Positions 50,432 through 58,888 of a stretch of 64,000 nucleotides of DNA are shown here, in pieces. The translations under genes and the position numbers were made by a program. Within the stretch, counting starts at the first letter, position 1; every line of letters begins with the position of its first letter. Origin of the DNA: an uncultured Planctomycetaceae bacterium (GTDB lineage Bacteria; Planctomycetota; Planctomycetia; Planctomycetales; Planctomycetaceae). The stretch is taken from positions 96,001 to 160,000 of the forward strand of contig CAWFGE010000017.1 of the NCBI GenBank assembly GCA_963815195.1. Reading direction: 5' to 3'. The notes beneath the pieces were generated by a model that saw only the letters and a program-made list of their open reading frames with translations, had not been told where the DNA came from and did no database searches.

Positions 50432-51589
50432 ATGGTTCGACGTTTCATGACTCTGGCAATGGCGGCCGCGTTGATTTCCGGCGGCATACTTCAGGCCGAG
50501 ACCAAGACCAAGCCGGCGGCTGATAAAGCGGCCGCTTCGAAAGCCGATCAAGGCGCTCCGCTCGTGCAGATGGCGATTCTGCTCGACAACAGCGGCAGCA
50601 TGAGCGGGCTGATCAACCAGGCCCGCCAGCATTTGTGGAAGATCGTCAACGAGTTCGCCACCGTCCGGCGGAACGGCCAAGTGCCCCGGCTCGAGGTCGC
50701 CCTCTACAAATACGCCAACGGCAAGCCCGAGCGTCTCGTGGAGTTCACCGAGGATCTCGACAAGGTCTCGGAGATGCTGTTCGCGACCAAGATCGAAGGC
50801 GGCTCCGAATTCTGCGGCCAGGTGATCCAGGCGGCGGTGGATGAACTCCAGTGGTCCAAGGCCGACGCCGACCTCAAGTGCATTTTCATCGCCGGGAACG
50901 AACCCTTCACGCAAGGCCCGGTGGATTACAAAGGCGCCTGCAAAAACGCGGTCGCCAAAGGCATCACCGTGAGCACGATTTTCTGCGGCAACGAAACCGA
51001 AGGTGAAAACGGCAAATGGCACGATGGCGCGGTGCTCGCGGACGGGACGTTCGTCAATATCGATCAAAACCAGGCCGTCGTCGTGATCGAAACGCCCCAG
51101 GACAAGAAAATCGCGAAGTTGAGCGAGAAACTCAACACGACTTATATCGCGTTCGGTTCGACGGAGAAGCGCAAAGAGTTCACGGCCAATCAAGCCGCCC
51201 AGGATTTCAACGCTGTCAAACTCAATTCCTACGCGGTCGCGGGACGGGCGGCGGCGAAGGCCTCGATGCTCTATAACTGCGAATGGGATCTGCTGGATGC
51301 CTGCCGGCTGGGTCAGGTGAAACTGGAAGAAGTCAAAAAGGAAGACCTGCCCAAGGAACTGCAAAAACTCTCCCAAGAGGAACTCAAAACCTATGTGGAG
51401 AAAAAGCAGGCCGAGCGGAACAAGATCCGCGATGAGATCAAGGAGTTGTCGAAGATACGCACGGCCTACATCGAAGCCGAGCAAAAGAAACTCGCCAAGA
51501 CCGATCCCGCCGCGCAGGCGTTGGACGCGGCGATCATCCAATCCGTCCGCACCCAAGCCGTGCGGAAGAACTACACGATCCAGAAGTAG
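50432..51589 (+). CDS. Exported VWA domain protein
   Basis: MIDAS LLDNSGSM; FIAGNEPF; WDLLD. Confidence 0.88.
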   Translation: MVRRFMTLAMAAALISGGILQAETKTKPAADKAAASKADQGAPLVQMAILLDNSGSMSGLINQARQHLWKIVNEFATVRRNGQVPRLEVALYKYANGKPERLVEFTEDLDKVSEMLFATKIEGGSEFCGQVIQAAVDELQWSKADADLKCIFIAGNEPFTQGPVDYKGACKNAVAKGITVSTIFCGNETEGENGKWHDGAVLADGTFVNIDQNQAVVVIETPQDKKIAKLSEKLNTTYIAFGSTEKRKEFTANQAAQDFNAVKLNSYAVAGRAAAKASMLYNCEWDLLDACRLGQVKLEEVKKEDLPKELQKLSQEELKTYVEKKQAERNKIRDEIKELSKIRTAYIEAEQKKLAKTDPAAQALDAAIIQSVRTQAVRKNYTIQK

Positions 51590-51596
51590 TCTTCCC

Positions 51597-51688
51597 GGCG
51601 AGCGCGGGGCGTCAGCCCCAGGATCATTTTCAACAACGACACGTGCTATTTTGCGGCGCAATCCTGGGGCTGACGCCCCACGCTCGCC
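51597..51688. repeat. REP doublet, family B copy 1
   Basis: GGCGAGCGCGGGGCGTCAGCCCCAGGAT/ATCCTGGGGCTGACGCCCCACGCTCGCC. Confidence 0.85.
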
Positions 51689-51723
51689 TTTTCGATTCGG
51701 ATGTTTTAATCGAGGAACTTCTC

Positions 51724-53925
51724 ATGCGTTTTCAACTGTTCATAGCCGTCGCGGGGAGTCTGATGATGCTCTCCTCGGCGTCGGCGTGTTTTATGCGGTC
51801 CCCGCAGCCCGTGCAGGTCTGGCTCGATCACATTCACGTGGACATCACCGACCAGGTCGCGGTGAAGACTTATCATTGCACGTTCAAGAATCCCAACGGC
51901 AATGCGATCGTGGGCGGCACGTGCTACATGGAACTCGAACCCGGCGCCCGCGTGGACAACATGGCCGTCGTCGTCAACGGCGTCAGCGCCCAGGCCGAGA
52001 TCCTGGACGTCGAAAAAGCCAACAAGGTATTTGCCGAGATCATTAAAGAAGGCGGCTCGCCGGCTTTGCTCGAATACTACGGCAACCAGTTGATTCAAAC
52101 CAAAGTCCCCAAAGTCGCCGCGGGCGAAACGATCACGGTCAAGCTCAAATACACGACCGTCCTCAAAAAGCGGGGCGGCCTCGTGCGCTTGCAGATGCTC
52201 AACACCAACCCCAAAGCCCTCATGCAGCCGTTGAAAAGCGCGAGCGTCACCGTCAACATCCGCAGCAAGACGCCGATCAAAAACCTGTATTCGCCGACGC
52301 ACGAAATCAAGATCGTGGAAACGCCCGATTGGGACGTGTCCGCGAAGTGGGAACAGGCGGACTATCTCCCCGAAAATCCCTTCGTGCTCTACTACCAAAC
52401 CACGGAAGAAGCCGTGGGCGCCAGCCTGCTCGCGCACCGCGAACTGGGCGAAGACGGGGCGTTCATGCTGATGCTTTCCCCCACCGTCGGCAAAGGGGCG
52501 GGCCAAATCGCCGAGTCGCAAATCCTCCCCAAGGACATTGTGTTCTGCGTCGATACGTCGGGATCGATGATCGAAAACAAAAAAATGGAGCAGGCCCAGG
52601 ACGCCCTCAAATACTGCATCGAGCATCTCCGCGCGGGCGACCGGTTTAACATCGTCGACTTCGGCACGACGAGCCGAAACTTGAGTTCCGACGGACTGAT
52701 TCCGTTGAACGACACCAACCGCGCGCGGCGCTTCGCTATGTCGAGAAACTCAGCGCCCGCGGGGGCACGGCGATTCAAGAAGCCCTCGAGCAATCGCTCG
52801 CCCAACTGAAACGAGGTCCAAAAGACGGCCGGCTGAAGATGATCGTGTTCGCCACCGACGGCCTGCCCACCATCGGCGAGCGCGAGCCGAACAAGATTCT
52901 CGACCGCATCGACGAACTCAACACCGACAACGTGCGGGTGTTCGTGTTCGGCGAGGGATTTAACGTCAACACCAAACTCTTGGATTTTCTCGCCCTCAAT
53001 CATCGCGGCGAAAGCGAATACATCCTGCCCAAGGAAGACATCACTGAAAAAATCAGCCGGTTCTTCGACCGCGTCGGCTCGCCGTTGATGACCGATTTGA
53101 AGCTGGAATTCGACGGTTTGGAAGTCACCGATGTGTTCCCGCGAAACATCAAAGACGTGTTCCGCGGCGAGCAGGTCGTGATCTACGGCCGGTATACCGG
53201 GCACGGCGAAAAGACGCTCCGCCTGACCGGAATGGCGGCAGGCGAAAAACGCACTTTCGAGTACAAGCTGGAATTCCCCGAAGTCTCCGAAGACGACCGC
53301 AACAGCTTCGTGCCCCGCTTATGGGCCGGGCAGAAGGTGGATTTTCTGTTGAACGAAATCCGCAAAAGCGAAACCGAAGACAAGGAGTTGATCGATGAAG
53401 TCACGTTCCTCGCCAAGCGGTACGGAATTGTGACGCCGTTCACGAGTTTTCTCGTCGTCGATGACAACTGCAACGCCCCGCAGCCGCAGCAAGTGGCGAA
53501 CTTTACATTTCGCATGCGGAACGAAAAAGGCGGACTGCGGAACGAAGCGGTGGGCGGATATGCGGTGACGAATGCCTATCAGCAAGCGATGAACCGGGCC
53601 GACCTGGGCCGCCAGGGCGCCGCCCGCAACCAGCTCAAACAAGTGGAATTCGCCTTGGAGAAAGAAGGCGTTCAGAAACAGCAAGCCATCGCCGCGGTGC
53701 AGGTACGTCGGCAGCCGCTGTTTCTATAACGCCAACAACCGCTGGTACGACAGCCAGTTTGACAACACGAAGCAGTCGATGCTGCAAAACGTGGACATCG
53801 GCTCGCCGGAATTCGTGAAGCTCATCAGCGAGAACCCCAAGCTGGTCAAATACATGGCCCAGGGGGAATCCGTGGTGGAGATCAAAGGCCAATGGTACCA
53901 GTTCAATGCCCGCATGCGGAGTTAG
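51724..53925 (+). CDS. Exported VIT + VWA domain protein (frameshifts near 52728 and 53700)
   Basis: VIT-like N-terminus (PALLEY), PKDIVFCVDTSGSM, GGT, TDGLPT, PRLWA, IVTPFTS. Confidence 0.87.
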
Positions 53926-53950
53926 CAGGATGCGATGGTTCTTAGGAACT

Positions 53951-54129
53951 CAAACTGTAAGTCGAAAGTGAAGGGTGGCTGGGCGCAAAGGAATGTTCCA
54001 AGGAAAAAGCAGATTTGAGGCCTGGGGCCGTGAAAGATTTTTCTCGCCCGGCCGTAGCCCCAGCATTCACAGTTCGAGCCTTACTCCAAGGGGAATTTGC
54101 GCCCCAGCCACCCAAACGCTTACAGTTTG
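53951..54129. repeat. ~175-bp structured dispersed element, copy 1
   Basis: Nested IRs CAAACTGTAAG/CTTACAGTTTG, GGGTGGCTGGGCGCAAA/TTTGCGCCCCAGCCACCC, CTGGGGC/GCCCCAG. Confidence 0.85.
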
Positions 54130-54534
54130 CGTTGGGAACTGTTTGAAACTCTGAGCGGTCGGCGCTAGCCTCCGGCTTTAATAAAAGGTTACTCACAAAA
54201 TTAAGATCCGCGGCAGCCGCTCACGGTTGCTGAGACCGGCGGCTAACCACTCAGAGGGTACCCCGGCCGCTCAAGCTGACGCAAAGAACGAAACCGGGAA
54301 GACGCAAAGATCCGCTCAAAGATCTTTGCGTCTTCTCTTTGCGCTACCGGCCACCGAATCCGTCAGATCCACGGTTGCCCGGTCCCTGCGGTGGTGGTAC
54401 GCTGGTGAGTTAACTCGTTCCTTGCGAATCTAAAACTTTCGGCCGCAAGGCGGCGGCCGTTTCGCTTTTTACTTTTCGCGGCGTCGGCGGCAGGCAGCCG
54501 AACCGGGGCCGCGGTTTCAGTGGAGACTGGGAAA

Positions 54535-55119
54535 ATGAAACGTTTGGCCGGACTGTTCGCGGTGCTTTCGTTGGCGATGCTGCTGGCCTCGCCCGCGTCC
54601 GCTCAAGAAAAACCGAAACAAGCCGGGGCGAAAAAAGCCCAGGCCGGCAAAGGCGCTCCCAAGAAAGCCGGCAAGAAAAAGGCCGACCGGCAAGGCAAGG
54701 GGGCGTCCTTGGCCGATTCCACCTTGAAGAAACTCGCGGAACTCAAGCTCAGCGAAGACCAACAGGCCCAGATCAAAAAGATCGCGGCCGAGTTTGAACC
54801 CAAACTGCACGCGGCCCAGCAGAAGCTAAGTTCGCTGACCACGCCCGAACAGCGCAAAACCCGCCGGGACGCCATCGCCAAAGCCAAGGCGGAAGGCAAA
54901 AAGCCCCGCGAAGTCGTGGAGGCCTACAAACCCACCGAAGCGCAAGCCGCCGCCCAGAAAGAAGTCCGCGAAGTGCAAATGGCCTTCAACAAAAAAGTCA
55001 ACGAAGTGCTGACCAAAGAGCAGCGGCAATCGCGGCGAAAAAGTCGCCAAACCACAAAAAAACCCGCCGGCGAAAAGAAACCCGCCGCGAAAAAACCAGC
55101 CAAGAAGAAGCCCGCATAA
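54535..55119 (+). CDS. Exported Lys/Ala-rich helical protein (Spy/CpxP-like repeats)
   Basis: Signal peptide; LKLSEDQQAQI, LTTPEQ, VLTKEQ; KKPA-repeat tail. Confidence 0.75.
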   Translation: MKRLAGLFAVLSLAMLLASPASAQEKPKQAGAKKAQAGKGAPKKAGKKKADRQGKGASLADSTLKKLAELKLSEDQQAQIKKIAAEFEPKLHAAQQKLSSLTTPEQRKTRRDAIAKAKAEGKKPREVVEAYKPTEAQAAAQKEVREVQMAFNKKVNEVLTKEQRQSRRKSRQTTKKPAGEKKPAAKKPAKKKPA

Positions 55120-55124
55120 CTCCA

Positions 55125-55299
55125 CAAACTGTAAGTCGAAAGTGGAGGGGGTGGCTGGGGCGCAAAGGAATGTTCCCAGGAAAAACGCGATTTGAGGCCT
55201 GGGGCCGCGTCAGATTTTTGTCGCCGGTTACTGCCCCAGCATTCGCAATTCAAGCCGCGTTCCAAGGGGAATTTGCGCCCCAGCCACCCAAACGCATAC
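55125..55299. repeat. ~175-bp structured dispersed element, copy 2
   Basis: Same orientation and collinear with 53951-54129. Confidence 0.85.
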
Positions 55300-55482
55300 C
55301 TTATCACCCGCGCCGGCGGTTGCAAATTGCCGGTGCGGGTTTTTCGATGGGGTGGTGCGGTGCGCCGGAAGCGTCGCCTGCGTTGTGGTTCGGCGGGGTT
55401 CGCCGTATCGTATTATCAAGGCCGGTTCGTCCGGTTTGACGACATGGTCAACATTGCTCAACCTTCCCAAGGATCGCTCCCG

Positions 55483-56559
55483 ATGAAAAAACTGACGCCC
55501 GCGTGCCTGGCCTTGCTGTTTGCCTCTCTTGCTTTCGCGAGCGCGGCGTTTGCGGAAGAAAACACGGTCAAGGTGTTTATTCTCGCCGGGCAGTCCAACA
55601 TGGAAGGCAAGGCCAAGAACGAGCTCATGAACCATCAGGCCCAGGATCCGAAAACCAAAGAGTTCTTCGCCCATCTGCGGAAAGACGGCGAGTGGGTCGT
55701 CCGCGAGGATGCGTTCATCAAGTATCTGAACCGCAAAGGCGGTTTGACCGTCGGCTACGGTTCGCCCGGCCGCACGGGCGTGGAACTTGAGTTCGGCACC
55801 GTGATGGCCGACCGTCTGGACGAGCCGGTGCTGCTCATCAAGACCTGCTGGGGCGGGCATTCGCTGTTCAAGCTGTTCCGTTCGCCCTCCGCGGGACTGC
55901 CCAGCGAAGAGGCTCTCCAAGCCGAGTTGGAGCAGGCCCAAAAACGCGTCCAAAACAACAACGAAAAACGCAAGCGCAACGACCCGTTGCCCACGATGGC
56001 GGACATCAAAGAAAAGTACGGCGAGTCCTACCGCAACATGCTCAAGGAAGTGAAGCACACCTTCGCCAATTACGAAACCCTGTTCCCGGAACTCAAAGGC
56101 AAGAAACTGGAGATCGCGGGGTTCGTGTGGTTTCAGGGTTGGAACGACCAGTACGGAGCACAAGACGAATACGCCTCCAACATGGCTCACTTCATCAAGG
56201 ATGTCCGCAAGGACTTGGATGCTCCCAAGATGCCGTTCGTCATCGGCGTGATGGGCCAGAACGGTTCCACGCCGGCCAAAGGGGCAATGGCAGTGATTCA
56301 AAAAGCCCAGCTCGGCATGGAAAAAATGCCCGAGTTCGCGGGCAACGTCAAAGCCGTCCGCACCGATGTGCTCGTCGACAAAGCCGCCGAGGAACTCTAT
56401 CCCCACTGGCGGGAGAATGTGGAGAAGTGGGAGCAGACCGGATCGGACTTCGGCTACCATTACATGGGCAGCGCGATCTGGTTCACCCGCATCGGCCACG
56501 CGATGGCGGATGCGATGCTCGACCTGATGAAAAACAAAAAAGGCGAGCGTGGGGCGTAA
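55483..56559 (+). CDS. Sialate O-acetylesterase-like SGNH esterase (SASA domain)
   Basis: FILAGQSNM, IKTCWGG, WFQGWND, YHY. Confidence 0.9.
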   Translation: MKKLTPACLALLFASLAFASAAFAEENTVKVFILAGQSNMEGKAKNELMNHQAQDPKTKEFFAHLRKDGEWVVREDAFIKYLNRKGGLTVGYGSPGRTGVELEFGTVMADRLDEPVLLIKTCWGGHSLFKLFRSPSAGLPSEEALQAELEQAQKRVQNNNEKRKRNDPLPTMADIKEKYGESYRNMLKEVKHTFANYETLFPELKGKKLEIAGFVWFQGWNDQYGAQDEYASNMAHFIKDVRKDLDAPKMPFVIGVMGQNGSTPAKGAMAVIQKAQLGMEKMPEFAGNVKAVRTDVLVDKAAEELYPHWRENVEKWEQTGSDFGYHYMGSAIWFTRIGHAMADAMLDLMKNKKGERGA

Positions 56560-56570
56560 GCCCCATGATT
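56542..56570. repeat. REP family B half-site overlapping the esterase stop codon
   Basis: GGCGAGCGTGGGGCGTAAGCCCCATGATT. Confidence 0.75.
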
Positions 56571-56611
56571 TCGTCGAATCGTTGTCCCGTCCCCATTCGA
56601 GATCAGAACTC

Positions 56612-58843
56612 ATGCAGCACAAAGCCCTCTGGTTGACGGTTTGGATTACGACCTCTTCCATCGCAAACATTTCGATGGCGGAGGAAAAATTCGATCCGAA
56701 GGCCTGGTCGCCGGTGAAATCGTCCCGCGTGAAAGGCTCGCCGGAACCGCCGCTGCCTTACACGACGAAGAGGATGTATCCGAAGCTGCGGCTCGATTTT
56801 CCGGTGTTCATGCTCTCGGAACCCGGCACCGGGCGGCTGTATTTCCTCGACCAAAAAAACCCCTACGTCAAAACCCGGTTGTGCCGAACGAAAGGCGATC
56901 CCGCGACCGGCGAGTACGAAGTGCTCTTGGAGTTCGATCCCGCGGTCGCGTATTCGTTGTGCTTTCATCCGCGCTACGAAGAGAACGGCTATCTCTACGT
57001 GGGCGCGAACTCCGTCTGGGAAAAAGGCCAGCCGAAGAAGTCGCGGATCGTGCGCTACGCCGTGGACCGCAAACCGCCCCATAAAATCGATCCCGCGTCG
57101 GCGATGACGATCATCGAATGGGAATCGGACGGCCACAACGGAGCCGCGATCACCTTCGGCTTGGACGGCATGCTGTATGTCACGTCGGGCGATGGCACCT
57201 CCGACTCGGATGAAAACATCAAAGGCCAGGGCCTCGACCATCTCTTGGCCAAGGTGCTCAGGATCGATGTGGATCATCCCGCCGCCGGCAAAGCCTATTC
57301 GGTGCCGAAGGACAATCCCTTCGCCGGCCAGAAGAACGTCGTCCCCGAGACTTGGGCCTATGGACTCAGGAACCCCTGGCGAATGACGACCGACCCCAAC
57401 ACCGGCCACATCTGGGTCGGCAACAACGGGCAGGACCTTTGGGAGCAGGCCTTCCTGATCCAAAAGGGAGCCAACTACGGTTGGAGCGTTTACGAAGGCA
57501 GCCATCCGTTTTATTTGGGCCGCCAGCTCGGCCCGCATCCCGTCGTCAAACCCACCGTCGAGCATCCCCATTCCGAGGCCCGCTCGCTCACGGGAGGCGT
57601 GGTGTATTACGGCTCCCAACGGCCGGGGCTTCGCGGAGCCTACATCTACGGCGACCATTCCACCGGGAAGATTTGGGGCGTCAAACACGATGGGCGAAAG
57701 GTGACCTGGCATCAGGAACTCGCCGACACGCCGTTTAACATCACGGCCTTTGCCTTGGATGCCGAGGGCGAACTCTTGATCGCCGACCATCGCGGCCAGC
57801 AGGAAGGCGGGTTTTACACGCTCGTTCCCAATGACAAACCCGGTTACGACCCCGCCGATTTTCCCAAAAGGCTCAGTCAAAGCGGCTTGTTCGATTCTGT
57901 CGCCAAGCATGAGATGGCGGCGGGGTTGATTCCGTATTCCGTCAACTCGCCGCTGTGGTCGGACGGGGCGTTCAAAGGCCGATGGATCGCGCTGCCGGCC
58001 GTGAAAGATGAAGCCGGCAAAGACCAGCCGCCGAACATCGAGTACCGCGACAAGTGGGGCTGGAACTTCCCGGACAATACGGTGCTCGTCAAATCGTTCG
58101 GGCTGGAAACCAAAGCCGGCGATCCGAAATCCCGGCGGTGGATTGAAACGCGGTTCCTCACCAGGCAGCAAGGCGAGTGGGTGGGCTATTCCTACGCCTG
58201 GAACACGGACCAGACCGACGGCGTGCTGGTCGAAAAAACCGGCCGGGACCAGACGTTTTCCATCACCGGCAAGAACGGCAAACGGCACACGCAAACCTGG
58301 CATTATCCCAGCCGGACCGAGTGCATGGTCTGCCACAGTCGGGCCGCGAACTTCGTCTTGGGCCTTTCCACCGCGCAGATGAACAAGACCCACGACTACG
58401 GAAACATGACGGCCAACCAGCTTGAAGTATTGGAACTGTTGGGCGTCTTGAAAGTCAAAACCAAAAAAGGCGAACCACTGCCGGCCCTCGCCGATCCGTA
58501 TGATGCGACCGCCGATCTCGATGCGCGGGCCCGGTCTTACCTGCACGTCAATTGCGCGGCGTGCCACATCAAAGCGGGCGGTGGGAACGCCCAGATGGAT
58601 CTGGAACTCACCACCACGCCAAAAGCAATGAACGTGATCGATGTCAAACCGCTGCATCATCAATTCAACATCGAAGACGCGCGCCTGATTGCTCCCGGCG
58701 ACCCGGACCGCTCGGTGCTGCTCCACCGCATGAGCATCCGCGACCGCGGCCAAATGCCCCAACTTGGCACCAACCGCGTGGACGAGAAATCCGTCGAACT
58801 CCTCAAAACCTGGATCCGCTCGCTGGGGAAACCAGCGTCGTAG
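56612..58843 (+). CDS. PQQ-dependent sugar dehydrogenase (GSDH) fused to a dihaem cytochrome c domain
   Basis: HNG, SGDG, LRIDVD, AYGLRNPWR, GANYGW, LTGGVVY; PLWSDGA; CMVCH and CAACH. Confidence 0.9.
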   Translation: MQHKALWLTVWITTSSIANISMAEEKFDPKAWSPVKSSRVKGSPEPPLPYTTKRMYPKLRLDFPVFMLSEPGTGRLYFLDQKNPYVKTRLCRTKGDPATGEYEVLLEFDPAVAYSLCFHPRYEENGYLYVGANSVWEKGQPKKSRIVRYAVDRKPPHKIDPASAMTIIEWESDGHNGAAITFGLDGMLYVTSGDGTSDSDENIKGQGLDHLLAKVLRIDVDHPAAGKAYSVPKDNPFAGQKNVVPETWAYGLRNPWRMTTDPNTGHIWVGNNGQDLWEQAFLIQKGANYGWSVYEGSHPFYLGRQLGPHPVVKPTVEHPHSEARSLTGGVVYYGSQRPGLRGAYIYGDHSTGKIWGVKHDGRKVTWHQELADTPFNITAFALDAEGELLIADHRGQQEGGFYTLVPNDKPGYDPADFPKRLSQSGLFDSVAKHEMAAGLIPYSVNSPLWSDGAFKGRWIALPAVKDEAGKDQPPNIEYRDKWGWNFPDNTVLVKSFGLETKAGDPKSRRWIETRFLTRQQGEWVGYSYAWNTDQTDGVLVEKTGRDQTFSITGKNGKRHTQTWHYPSRTECMVCHSRAANFVLGLSTAQMNKTHDYGNMTANQLEVLELLGVLKVKTKKGEPLPALADPYDATADLDARARSYLHVNCAACHIKAGGGNAQMDLELTTTPKAMNVIDVKPLHHQFNIEDARLIAPGDPDRSVLLHRMSIRDRGQMPQLGTNRVDEKSVELLKTWIRSLGKPAS

Positions 58844-58888
58844 CACATTGGCCAAGCCCACGGATGAAACGCGGATCTTGCCCCTCGT

